Assembly (NCBI GenBank): GCA_036389135.1
Contig: DASVQP010000048.1
Coordinates: 58,399-122,398 of the forward strand
Direction of reading: 5' to 3'
Source of the DNA: Longimicrobium sp.
GTDB lineage: Bacteria > Gemmatimonadota > Gemmatimonadetes > Longimicrobiales > Longimicrobiaceae
DNA length: 64,000 bases
Part shown: piece by piece, positions 9,420-17,567 of the stretch
Numbering within the stretch: position 1 is the stretch's first letter
Layout: each line of letters begins with the position of its first letter
Made by a program: the position numbers and the translations under genes
Notes under the pieces: model-generated
Database searches by the model: none
What the model was told of the DNA's origin: nothing
What the model saw: only the letters and a program-made list of their open reading frames with translations

Positions 9420-11500
9420 GGCCGTACACCTTCAGGTTGGTGGTGCCGTTCAGAGGATCGGTATTCATTTCGTCGACCTTGTAATCGCCCGTCGCCGTAT
9501 CGGCCTTGAATCCCCGCAGAACGACTTCGAACGACGTATAGCGGACACCCTTGACGTCGGTCTGAGTCTGCAAGTGCTTCACGCCCAAGTAGATTCGAAA
9601 ACGATTGTCCAGAGTGGCCGCAGCACTGCTCTTCCAGATGTCATACGTGGTGTTTGAGAGGACAAGCATGAGGAGCTTGCCGAAATCAGGAATCGTGAAC
9701 CTCGCCCGAGCCTCGGCGTCGGCGTCCGAGGTGAACTCTGCCATGGGAACGGTTTCAGCAGCAGAAAGCACGAGGTCGCTCCTCCGTACCCGCTCGAGCG
9801 CATACTTGAGGACCACCAGGTTCGGGTAGCTTCCCGTGAATTCACTGGTCTCTCCGGAGAGCCTCACGAGCGCAGAGGTCTGTCCCGTCTGCTGCCGTAT
9901 GCACGTGGGCAGCACGAAGAGCGTTGTGTTGGCGGAGTCGCGTGCAATGCCGACGTTGCCGATGAAATCGCAGTCCAGCCCCGCCACTCCTCGCCCATCC
10001 ACGTAGACTTCCTCCTCGTACACCGCGGACTTGATGCTAGACGAGCCCGCAAAAAGGATGCGCAGGTCGAGCGGATAGAGCAGGTTGTCGAGGTAGTTCG
10101 CCGCCGGCAGGGCCGTGGAAACCATGGAGGCCGTGGCCGCGCTACCCGGCTCCTGCTTGAGGTACTTCAGCCGGATGTAGCACGAGACGGGCGTCGTGGC
10201 GGCTTGGCCCGTGACGTTGGGCACCACGAACGTCATCGATTTCGCGGAAGTGGTCCCGGTCTGGGTGAATCCGCCGAAAGCTCCCTTGAAGTCGTCGAAG
10301 AACCGTTCGGCACCGTTCAGCTCGGCCGGGAAGCCGTCGCCCTTGGCGCCCGTTTCGCGGTACCCCTGTGACACGTAGAGCAGCGGTTTGGGATTGTGGC
10401 CGACCGGGAGCTGGATCCGGAACGCGTTCCGCGCTTTAGTGACGTTGTTGCCCGGGAAATCCGCTGCCTTCAGGGTCAGGAGAGGCCACTTGCTCGCGTA
10501 ATAGTCGACCTGCGCCGGGGTAACAGTTCCAGGCTTGTAGCTGAGCTGGATGGTGTCGGTGTAGTTCCCGAAGTAGTTCAGCGAGTAGTTGTGCTCGTTG
10601 CGAATGTCCAGGTAGCCCTTGTTCCGGTTCATGAACGACGAAAGCACGTCGATGTACAGATCCTTTCCCCCTTTGGGCTCGAACGTCGACCCGGTGCTGC
10701 TCCTGGCGTGCACCCCCACGTCGAAGAACGATCCGTAGAAGGCGCAGGGGTCCATGAAGCCCAGCACCTGCTCTTTCGCGTGGCGGTGGTCGAACCTTTG
10801 TGCGGGCGTCGCCTGGGTGGGGAGCGCCGCCACGGAGATGACGCTCTCCAGCCTCCTCGCCAGGGAGATCTCGTGGCGGAAGCCGAGCCCCTCCAGCAAG
10901 ATCTCGATTCCAAAGCTTGCCCTGTCGAACTGGCCGATCCTCCACCCCCCCATCACCGGCTGCAGTTGGAACTTCACTCCCGCCTGGTAGAAGAAGTTGT
11001 CGATCGGCTGGTCGTCAGCGAACTCCGGGCTTGCCGCGGCCGTGAACCCCACGCCCAGCGCCTCGGCGGGGGGGGAGGTGTTGGTATTCGCGGTGGCGTT
11101 CTTCTCCGCCTGCGACTTCCAGATGCTCTGCGTGAGCTGGTTTGTCGACGCCTGGGCGACCTCGTTCCCGTTGATGAGTGACGAGCGGAGGATCCCCTTG
11201 TAGATGATGTACTTGATGGGGACGAAGTTCAGCGCCGGCTGCTCCCGCGGGCGGAGCACCAGGTTCACGAGCGCCGGGTTGTTGGGGTTCGAGATTTCCT
11301 GCACGCACACGACGCCGGCGCACACCGCGTAGGCGGTGGGGTCGAAGTTCTTGCTGGGATCGGCCGTGTGGAGGCTGGTGGTGCGGTAGAGGTCGGCCCC
11401 ATTGACTGTGCCAGCCGGCCCGAACGCCTGGCTGGGGAGCTGTGGGGCGAGGAGATCCGCGTTTGTGAAGAAATGGAACTTTGCGGCCATGGATCCGGCT
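9406..11500 (-). CDS. hypothetical protein (about 698 aa)
   Basis: The track ORF extends to 11802, but its first ~100 codons are R/S/P-rich junk. The ATG at 11498-11500 (MAAKFHFFTNADLL) has GGAG about 9 nt upstream. No motif recognised. Confidence 0.8.
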
Positions 11501-11904
11501 CCGCTGCATGCTGGGACCTGCGATGAACGACTGCCTGACCTGTGGATCGACTGCGCCTGAAGGAACTGCCAGGCTGAGATGCGCCGGGAAGGGCGGGGGT
11601 GGAGCGGCGCTGAGAGCGTGAAGCGCGCATTTGACGTGCCGCGCGCCGCCCTTCGCGTCGTGCCGGTGCAAGGCCCTGCGAGCGGCGGAGTTGGGTCGCG
11701 CCGCGCCGTGTGAGCGTCCGCCGGCAACGTGAGGCTGGCCCGTCCCAGGTGGGACGAAAATGGGGCGAGAAACGGGGCTACTGAGCGGCTTGTGCTCGTC
11801 ACGCACAGCTCTCAACGTACAGTAGTGATCGCGACCGCGCTGAAGATGAGGCAAAGCAGCCCCAAGTCCGTTCGATGCTCAATTTGGGGATGTAAGCCAG
11901 CGCC

Positions 11905-12018
11905 AGTAACAAAACGGAGTAACAAAAGCCAGTAACGCTGGGTGATCCTGGGCAACCCCGGGTTGCGCAAACCTCACAGAAATACTAGACTTTTGTTGCC
12001 TCCGTAACGCGGCGTAAC
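11905..12018 (+). repeat. short direct repeats AGTAAC x3 and CGTAAC x2 in the AT-rich region upstream of the giant-protein run
   Basis: AGTAAC occurs at 11905, 11918 and 11931. CGTAAC occurs at 12003 and 12013. A small hairpin GCAACCC/GGGTTGC lies at 11952-11966. Confidence 0.5.
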
Positions 12019-12040
12019 GGGCCGCCGCGGTTTCCTAATC

Positions 12041-12073
12041 TTGGGGCCGCGCGTTCGAGTCGCGCCGGGGGCA
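12041..12073 (+). other. tRNA 3'-end-like fragment (T-arm plus acceptor 3' strand), possible att remnant
   Basis: GCGCG-TTCGAGT-CGCGC at 12049-12065 has T-stem/T-loop form. It is followed by a 7-nt CGGGGGC and an A. No matching 5' acceptor strand, D-arm or anticodon arm lies upstream. Confidence 0.35.
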
Positions 12074-12094
12074 CTATCGACGAAACCCAACCGT

Positions 12095-12497
12095 GGATGC
12101 TGGGTTTCGTCGTTTGTTCGACACCAAGCGACGAACGGGCCCGGGAGCATCTTTGCTTCCGGGCCCGCTCGCCGTCTGTTCGGGATCTCAGCGCCCCACT
12201 GCGCTCAGGGGTCGACCCTGAACGGCATCGTGCGAGAGCGCGTGACGCCGTTCGTGCCGACGTAGGTGGCGGTGAGAGTCACGCTGCCGGGCGAGACGCC
12301 GGTGATCGTCGCGGACTCGCTGGTGGACGGCTCTCCGACCCTGACGATGCTGGTGTCCGAGCTCGTGAACACGATCGTATAGCTCCCGGGTACGCCGTTG
12401 CCGTTCGCGGTGTACCGGACCCTCGCGGAAGCGGTGCAGGTCGCTCCCACCTTCACGGCCTGGCACGTCAGGGCATTGAACGAGGGGATACACGTCC
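12095..12497. repeat. left copy of an approximately 400-bp direct repeat (partner at 17157-17567)
   Basis: By-eye alignment with 17157-17567 shows high but imperfect identity. It covers the last ~95 codons of a Big_2 gene plus its downstream stem-loops (GGGCCCGG...CCGGGCCC and TTCGTCG...CGACGAA). Confidence 0.85.
12205..12490 (-). pseudogene. 3' remnant of a Big_2-domain surface protein gene
   Basis: The C-terminal ~95 aa (SFNALTCQAVKVGATCTASARVRYTANGNG...RSRTMPFRVDP) parallel the C-terminus of the 17266-19713 protein. Upstream of 12490 the frame becomes R/P-rich junk with no signal peptide. Confidence 0.7.
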
Positions 12498-13109
12498 TTG
12501 ACGCCGCGGAGAGGCGGGCGGCGATCGCGGCGTTGCGTCTGGGAAGGGCGATGGAAGGCCTCCGCGGGGATCCCGCAAAAGTCTGCCGAAGCACAGGGAC
12601 TGTTGCAGTGAAGATAGCCGCAGGCGATCGGAACAACGACGGCGTTCCATTTCCGCCACGCGATTCTTCGGCACCACGAACAGTGCACCGGTGGCGTCTC
12701 CTGGCCGAGATTTGCTTCAAGCGCCCGCGCCGCCCCCGACCGACCGTCCCCGGGCGTTGCGCACGCGCCTCCGCGCATGGCGATCAGCTTCGCACGATCA
12801 CGCAAGTTTCGTCTTGCACCTGCAATCCCGGGCTCGTGGCCACCCGCCGGGCCACTGCGGCTAAAGCGAGCGTCCACAAGGTGTTTGCAAAGATGCTCGC
12901 TTTTTGTTCCGGCCTCGGGTACATTGGGGCACACACCAGCCGGCCCGCGCCCCTGCCCGTGCTCCCCCGTCCCGCACCGGTGCGCGCGCCCCTGCGCACA
13001 TCTCCATTAGACCGAAGCTGCGTTTCCGGCCGCGGAACGCGTCCCGGATCGCCCGGCGATCAGCGCGCGGGGCCGTTCTTTTTGGTTTCCACCGCCACAG
13101 GGCTCTCCG

Positions 13110-13277
13110 ATGCAGACACCCGATCCGCCATCTCCCGCGCCTTCCGCCGCACGGGCGCCGTACGTTCCGCCGCTTCTTGAAGATCTGGGAGGGTGGACCG
13201 CGCTCACGCTCCAGCAGAGCTTCGTGGTAGCCGACGAGCAGCCCTGGACCCAGTACCTGAAGAACGACCAGAAGTAG
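13110..13277 (+). CDS. small ORF (55 aa), candidate RiPP precursor with a lasso-type leader motif
   Basis: Translation is MQTPDPPSPAPSAARAPYVPPLLEDLGGWTALTLQQSFVVADEQPWTQYLKNDQK. Y18, P21, L23, G27 and T33 fit YxxPxLx3Gx5Tx. The C-terminal half is K/N/Q/W/Y-rich with G/C-ending codons. This is the first start after an in-frame stop at 13008-13010. It is below the ORF-track length cutoff. Confidence 0.5.
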   Translation: MQTPDPPSPAPSAARAPYVPPLLEDLGGWTALTLQQSFVVADEQPWTQYLKNDQK

Positions 13278-13322
13278 CCCCGCCGTCTCCACCGCGGCAG
13301 CTCCCTTGACGGAACGGCACCC

Positions 13323-15638
13323 ATGCGGTTCAAACATTGCTGCCCCCTTGCCCTGCTCGGCGCCGGACTCCTGGGCGCGTGCACCGACGACGTCACCGGC
13401 ACGGGCGGCGCAAACCCCGCTCCGGAGGCCCCGCGCGCGCTCGGCCTGGTGGAGATCCGCATCAGCGGCATCGGCACCGCCCAGATGAGCGCCGCGGTGT
13501 TTCCGCTGGAGCGCGCGCGGGGGGACCTCACCCCGGTGCCGGGCGGCAGCCCCGCGGGCACCGTCCAGGTGCGCCACGTGAGCGCCGCCACGGTGGACGT
13601 GGGTACGCGTGGGGCCGGGGGACAGCGCTACCTGCAGGCCGTCTTCCAAGTGCGCAACGCGGATGCGCAGGGCACCGCCTACGCCACGCAGCGGCGGAAC
13701 GTGGCCTTCGTTCCCGTGAGCACCGCGGGCACCATCCCCGGCACACCCGTGCGGCGGTTCCTCAGGCAGGACGGCGGCGCCGCGGACTCCGCGCTGGCGG
13801 CGCAGCTGCGGCCCACCGGGGCGGTTGCGCTGGACGCGGGGGGCGCGCCGGCCTCGCAGTACCCGGACGTTCTGCAGGCCTTCACCGAGGCCGAGGCGGA
13901 TGCGATCGGCATGCCGGAGGGGGTGACGAACCGCTTTCCCTACGGCTTCGTGGTGCGGCACGCCACGGCAACGGACACGCGGACGCTGGCGCCCACCCCG
14001 GCGGCGGACCAGTTCGACGGGCGCGTCACCTTTGCGTACCGCATCCCGCTGGCGGCCACGGCGGCGGACGACCCCTTCACCATCTCGGTGCTGGCGGTGG
14101 CGGTGGAGGACGGCGAGACGCGCGTGACGCAGGCGCCGGAGGAGCAGGCGGCGGCGGGGCGCAGCGCGTTCGAGGCGCGGGCCGCCGCGCTGGCCGCCAC
14201 GGGGGTCACGCTCTTCCCCGGCGGCGCGTACGCGGGAAGCGCGGCGAAGCGCATGCTCTGCGGGGTGCGCACCGCGGGCGAGAGCGGGAATCCGGCAGCC
14301 ACGCTCTCCCCCTGCCCGGCGATCGCATCGGTGGCGGTGAGCCCGACGGACGCGGTGCGGCTGGTGAACGTGGCGAGCGAGCTGGTGGGGCAGACGGTGC
14401 AGCTGACCGCGGCCGCCACGGACGCCAACGGCGGCCCCGCCGAGTGGGCGAGCATCGCGTGGAGCAGCTCGGACTCCGCGGTGGCGACGGTGAGCGGCAC
14501 GGGGCTGGTGACCATTACGGGCGCGGGCAGGGCCACGATCACCGCCGCCGCGGGCGGGAAGAGCGGAACGGCCACCCTTGCGGGTGAGCCGCTGAGGGCG
14601 GCGACCCTGACGACCGGGACGAGCCACGCCTGCGGACTGACCCCCTCGGGTGCGGCGTACTGCTGGGGGGCCAACTACCGGGGCCAGCTGGGCGACGGCA
14701 CCACCACGGACCGCGGCTCGCCGGTGGCGGTCGCAGGCGGGCATACCTTCACCAGCATCAGCGCGGGCTTCGCCTTCACGGTGGCGCTGACCTCCTCGGG
14801 AGTGGCCTACGCGTGGGGGGGCAACGACGAGGGCGCGCTGGGCGACGGCACCACCACGAACCGCGCCGAGCCGGTGGCGGTCTCCGGCGGGCTGACCTTC
14901 GCCAGCATCAGCGCGGGCGGCTTTCACGTGGTGGGGCTTACCTCCACGGGTGCGGCCTACGCCTGGGGGCGCAACCAGCAGGGCCAGCTCGGCGACGGCA
15001 CGGACACCCTGCGCACCGCGCCGGTGGCGGTCACCGGCGGGCTCAGCTTCGCGAGGGTTGAGGGGGGCTTCTTCCACACGGTTGCGCTGACCTCCACGGG
15101 TGCGGTATACCAGTGGGGGGGAAGCGGCATCGCTAGCGCCGCACCCATGGTGGTGCCCACGGGCGGGCGGCCGTTCGTGAGCGTCTCCACGAGCGCGTAC
15201 CATACGGTGGCGCTCGCCGCCTCGGGCAAGGCCTACGCGTGGGGGAGCAACTCCGTGGGCCAGCTGGGCGACGGCACCACCACGAACAGCGCCGCGCCGG
15301 TGGCGGTTTCCGGCGAGCTTACGTTCGCCAGCATCACGGCGGGCAGAGACTACACGTTGGCGCTGACCCGGGCGGGTGCGGCCTACGCCTGGGGAGGCAA
15401 CGTCCGCGGATCGCTGGGCGACGGCACGACCACGGACCGTACCGCGCCCGTGGCGGTCTCGGGCGGGCTGACGTTCACGAGCATCGGCGCGGGTGTGTTT
15501 TACACGTCGATCGGAGTGACCTCCGCGGGCGCGGCCTACGGGTGGGGAGACTATTCGGGCCAGTCGGGTGGCAGTCCCGGCACGATCTACCCCGCACCTG
15601 TGGCGATCTCCGGCGGGGTGGTCTTCAAGCAGCCGTGA
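13323..15638 (+). CDS. RCC1-repeat lipoprotein with a Big_2 domain
   Basis: Lipoprotein signal MRFKHCCPLALLGAGLLGAC. One Big_2-like segment (VSPTDAVRLV...TATL). At least seven repeats of the form YAWGxNxxGQLGDGTTTxRxxPVAV. Confidence 0.9.
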   Translation: MRFKHCCPLALLGAGLLGACTDDVTGTGGANPAPEAPRALGLVEIRISGIGTAQMSAAVFPLERARGDLTPVPGGSPAGTVQVRHVSAATVDVGTRGAGGQRYLQAVFQVRNADAQGTAYATQRRNVAFVPVSTAGTIPGTPVRRFLRQDGGAADSALAAQLRPTGAVALDAGGAPASQYPDVLQAFTEAEADAIGMPEGVTNRFPYGFVVRHATATDTRTLAPTPAADQFDGRVTFAYRIPLAATAADDPFTISVLAVAVEDGETRVTQAPEEQAAAGRSAFEARAAALAATGVTLFPGGAYAGSAAKRMLCGVRTAGESGNPAATLSPCPAIASVAVSPTDAVRLVNVASELVGQTVQLTAAATDANGGPAEWASIAWSSSDSAVATVSGTGLVTITGAGRATITAAAGGKSGTATLAGEPLRAATLTTGTSHACGLTPSGAAYCWGANYRGQLGDGTTTDRGSPVAVAGGHTFTSISAGFAFTVALTSSGVAYAWGGNDEGALGDGTTTNRAEPVAVSGGLTFASISAGGFHVVGLTSTGAAYAWGRNQQGQLGDGTDTLRTAPVAVTGGLSFARVEGGFFHTVALTSTGAVYQWGGSGIASAAPMVVPTGGRPFVSVSTSAYHTVALAASGKAYAWGSNSVGQLGDGTTTNSAAPVAVSGELTFASITAGRDYTLALTRAGAAYAWGGNVRGSLGDGTTTDRTAPVAVSGGLTFTSIGAGVFYTSIGVTSAGAAYGWGDYSGQSGGSPGTIYPAPVAISGGVVFKQP

Positions 15639-15662
15639 AGGGGAGGAGCGATGCTCCCCGCC

Positions 15663-16574
15663 TCACGGGCCCGCCAGCGGGAGCGGGGTGCCGCCCAGGA
15701 TGAGCCGCCGCGTCCACACGCGGCGGAGGAGGGCGGGGATCAGCCCCGCGACCGCCGCGCGCGAGGCGGCGGAGAGCGGGACGCCGATGCTCTCCCACAG
15801 CGCCCGCACCGCCTCCCGCTCCGGCAGCGCCTCCCACCGGGACGGCCGGTTCGCGTCGCGGGAGAGGAGCGCCACGCTCGCGAGCCGCGCCCCCCCGGGC
15901 CGCGCCCCGCCCAGCGCGTCCCAGGGGATGAACAGCTTCCCGTCCGCCCCCATCCGCCCGGGCAGGTCCGGGGCGAAGCGCCGCCGTGCGTCGGGCCACA
16001 GGTGCACCCCGCGGTCCCAGCCGTACACCTGGAGGGTGACGGGGTCCAGCCAGGCGAAATCCTCCGCGACCGGGTCCCACCCGCCGCGCACCGCCTGGAC
16101 GAGCGTGCTGCTCTTTCCGGTTCCGCTGCGGGCCAGGAGCGCGGTGGCCTCGCCGTTCCGGGCGATGACGGACGCGTGGAGCGGCACCAGCCCGCTCGCA
16201 CGTAGCGACTCGTACACGGCCATGAAAAGCGCTCCGCGAAGAAGCTCCCTCCTCGACTCCTCCTCCAGCCCGTACGGTTCGATCCGGCTTCCCGCGGTGC
16301 CGAGCGCCAGCCGGACGCCCGCGGCCTCGTCGCCGATCATCCAGTCATCCTCCCCCAGGGTCCGGCAGGGGAGCTCGATGCGGGGGATGCGTACCACGGG
16401 TCCGGGAGCCGGGAGCGGGGTGCGCGGCCGGGCACCTCGCGCCACGACGATGTCGAACCCCGCCTCGCCCGTCTCGTGCTCGTCGAACCGCCAGTGTGCG
16501 TGCAGCCACTGCTCCAGGCTGGGCGGGAGATTCGCCGTTTGCACGGTGCGGCCCATCACGGAGAACTCCGTCAT
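15663..16574 (-). CDS. HPr kinase-related (HprK-like) kinase
   Basis: LHASVIARNGEATALLARSGTGKSST matches the HPrK C-terminal domain P-loop pattern. Its start overlaps the upstream PqqD stop as ATGA. Confidence 0.75.
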   Translation of the reverse strand: MTEFSVMGRTVQTANLPPSLEQWLHAHWRFDEHETGEAGFDIVVARGARPRTPLPAPGPVVRIPRIELPCRTLGEDDWMIGDEAAGVRLALGTAGSRIEPYGLEEESRRELLRGALFMAVYESLRASGLVPLHASVIARNGEATALLARSGTGKSSTLVQAVRGGWDPVAEDFAWLDPVTLQVYGWDRGVHLWPDARRRFAPDLPGRMGADGKLFIPWDALGGARPGGARLASVALLSRDANRPSRWEALPEREAVRALWESIGVPLSAASRAAVAGLIPALLRRVWTRRLILGGTPLPLAGP

Positions 16575-16828
16575 GTGGAGACGCGGATCAGCTCCGCGGC
16601 GCGCAGCCGCTCAAAGAGGCCGCGCACGTCCCGCTCAGCCGTCGCGACGTCGACGTCGAGCACGGCAGCGAGCTCGCGTGCGGCGGCGGTCACCGATTCC
16701 GCGGGAAGCGCACTCCAGATGCGGCGGCCCGTGTCGTTGAGGCTGAACATCTCGCCCGTGCCCGGATCGAGCAGGATCAGCTCGCGATCCAGGTGCGTTT
16801 CGATGACGCGGGGATTCCTGGCGTACAT
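16571..16828 (-). CDS. PqqD-family protein (RiPP recognition element type)
   Basis: 85 aa: MYARNPRVIETHLDRELILLDPGTGEMFSLNDTGRRIWSAL, then a helical tail. This is the typical PqqD pattern. The frame stays open upstream to 17146, but that stretch is R-rich junk. An alternative start exists at 16933. Confidence 0.75.
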   Translation of the reverse strand: MYARNPRVIETHLDRELILLDPGTGEMFSLNDTGRRIWSALPAESVTAAARELAAVLDVDVATAERDVRGLFERLRAAELIRVST

Positions 16829-17040
16829 TCGGCTCGCGCGGAGAGGAGAGAGCACGCACCTGCAGGTTCCGGCCCCGTGGGCTGCGCGTCCGGCCGGCGG
16901 ACGGCGGCCGCCGCCGACTGAGCCACGTACCATGGGCGGACGAAAACGCACGAACACCACCCCTGCACATCCAGGACCGAGGAGCGGCCCTGGTACGCCC
17001 CGCGGTCTTCGGTTTCCCACCCGGCATCTTCTCGTTGTTT

Positions 17041-17070
17041 CTCTCCCGCGTCTCTGCGCCTCTGCGTGAG
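17041..17070. repeat. degenerate single arm of the CACAGAG-family element
   Basis: cccgcgtctctgcgcctctgcgtgag resembles the right arm of the elements at 40392, 54074 and elsewhere. No left arm was found. Confidence 0.5.
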
Positions 17071-17156
17071 CCCCACGGGTTTCCTGCAACCGGCATGCGA
17101 CCCCGAGCGGCACCCATGAGGTCCATCCGGCTCTACCCCTCGCCACGGGGCTACCG

Positions 17157-17567
17157 CGGATGCTGGGTCTTGTTTGTTCGATACCAAGCGACGAACGGGT
17201 CCGGGAGCATCTTCGCTTCCGGGCCCGCTCGCTGCCTGGTACGGGGTCTCAGCGCCCTGCTGCGCTCAGGGGTCGACCCTGAACTGCATCGTGCGGGAGC
17301 GGGTGACGCCGTTCGCGCCGACGTAGGTGGCGGTGAGCGTCACGGTGCCGGGCGAGACGCCGGTGATTGTCGCGGTTTGGCTGGTGGATTGGCTGGTGGA
17401 CGGCTGCGCGACCCTGGCGATACCGGGGTCGGAGCTCGTGAACACGATCGTCCGAGCCCCCGGGAAACCGTTGCCGTTCGCGGTGTAACGGATCCGCGCG
17501 GAAGCGGTGCAGGTCGCTCCCACCTTTACGGCCTGGCACGTCAGGGCATCGAACGAGGGGTACACGT
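17157..17567. repeat. right copy of the approximately 400-bp direct repeat (partner at 12095-12497)
   Basis: Same evidence as the left copy. Here it is the genuine 3' end and terminator region of the full-length Big_2 gene. Confidence 0.85.

Noticed and set aside
11501-11802. N-terminal extension of the 798-aa ORF
   Set aside because: About 100 codons are R/S/P-rich with no coding bias. The internal ATG at 11500 has a GGAG and begins protein-like sequence.
11975-12075. A complete tRNA gene
   Set aside because: Only a T-arm and acceptor 3' strand can be folded. There is no complementary 5' acceptor strand (GCCCCCG), D-arm or 5-bp anticodon stem upstream.
12861-15203. 780-aa minus-strand ORF
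   Set aside because: It is antisense to the RCC1/Big_2 lipoprotein gene and extends over non-coding DNA. Its composition is Arg/Gly/Ala junk.
16829-17150. A precursor-peptide ORF immediately upstream of the PqqD gene
   Set aside because: All three minus-strand frames give Arg/Gly/Pro-rich strings. The only in-frame Met (16933) would merely extend PqqD. The region also contains a degenerate repeat arm.
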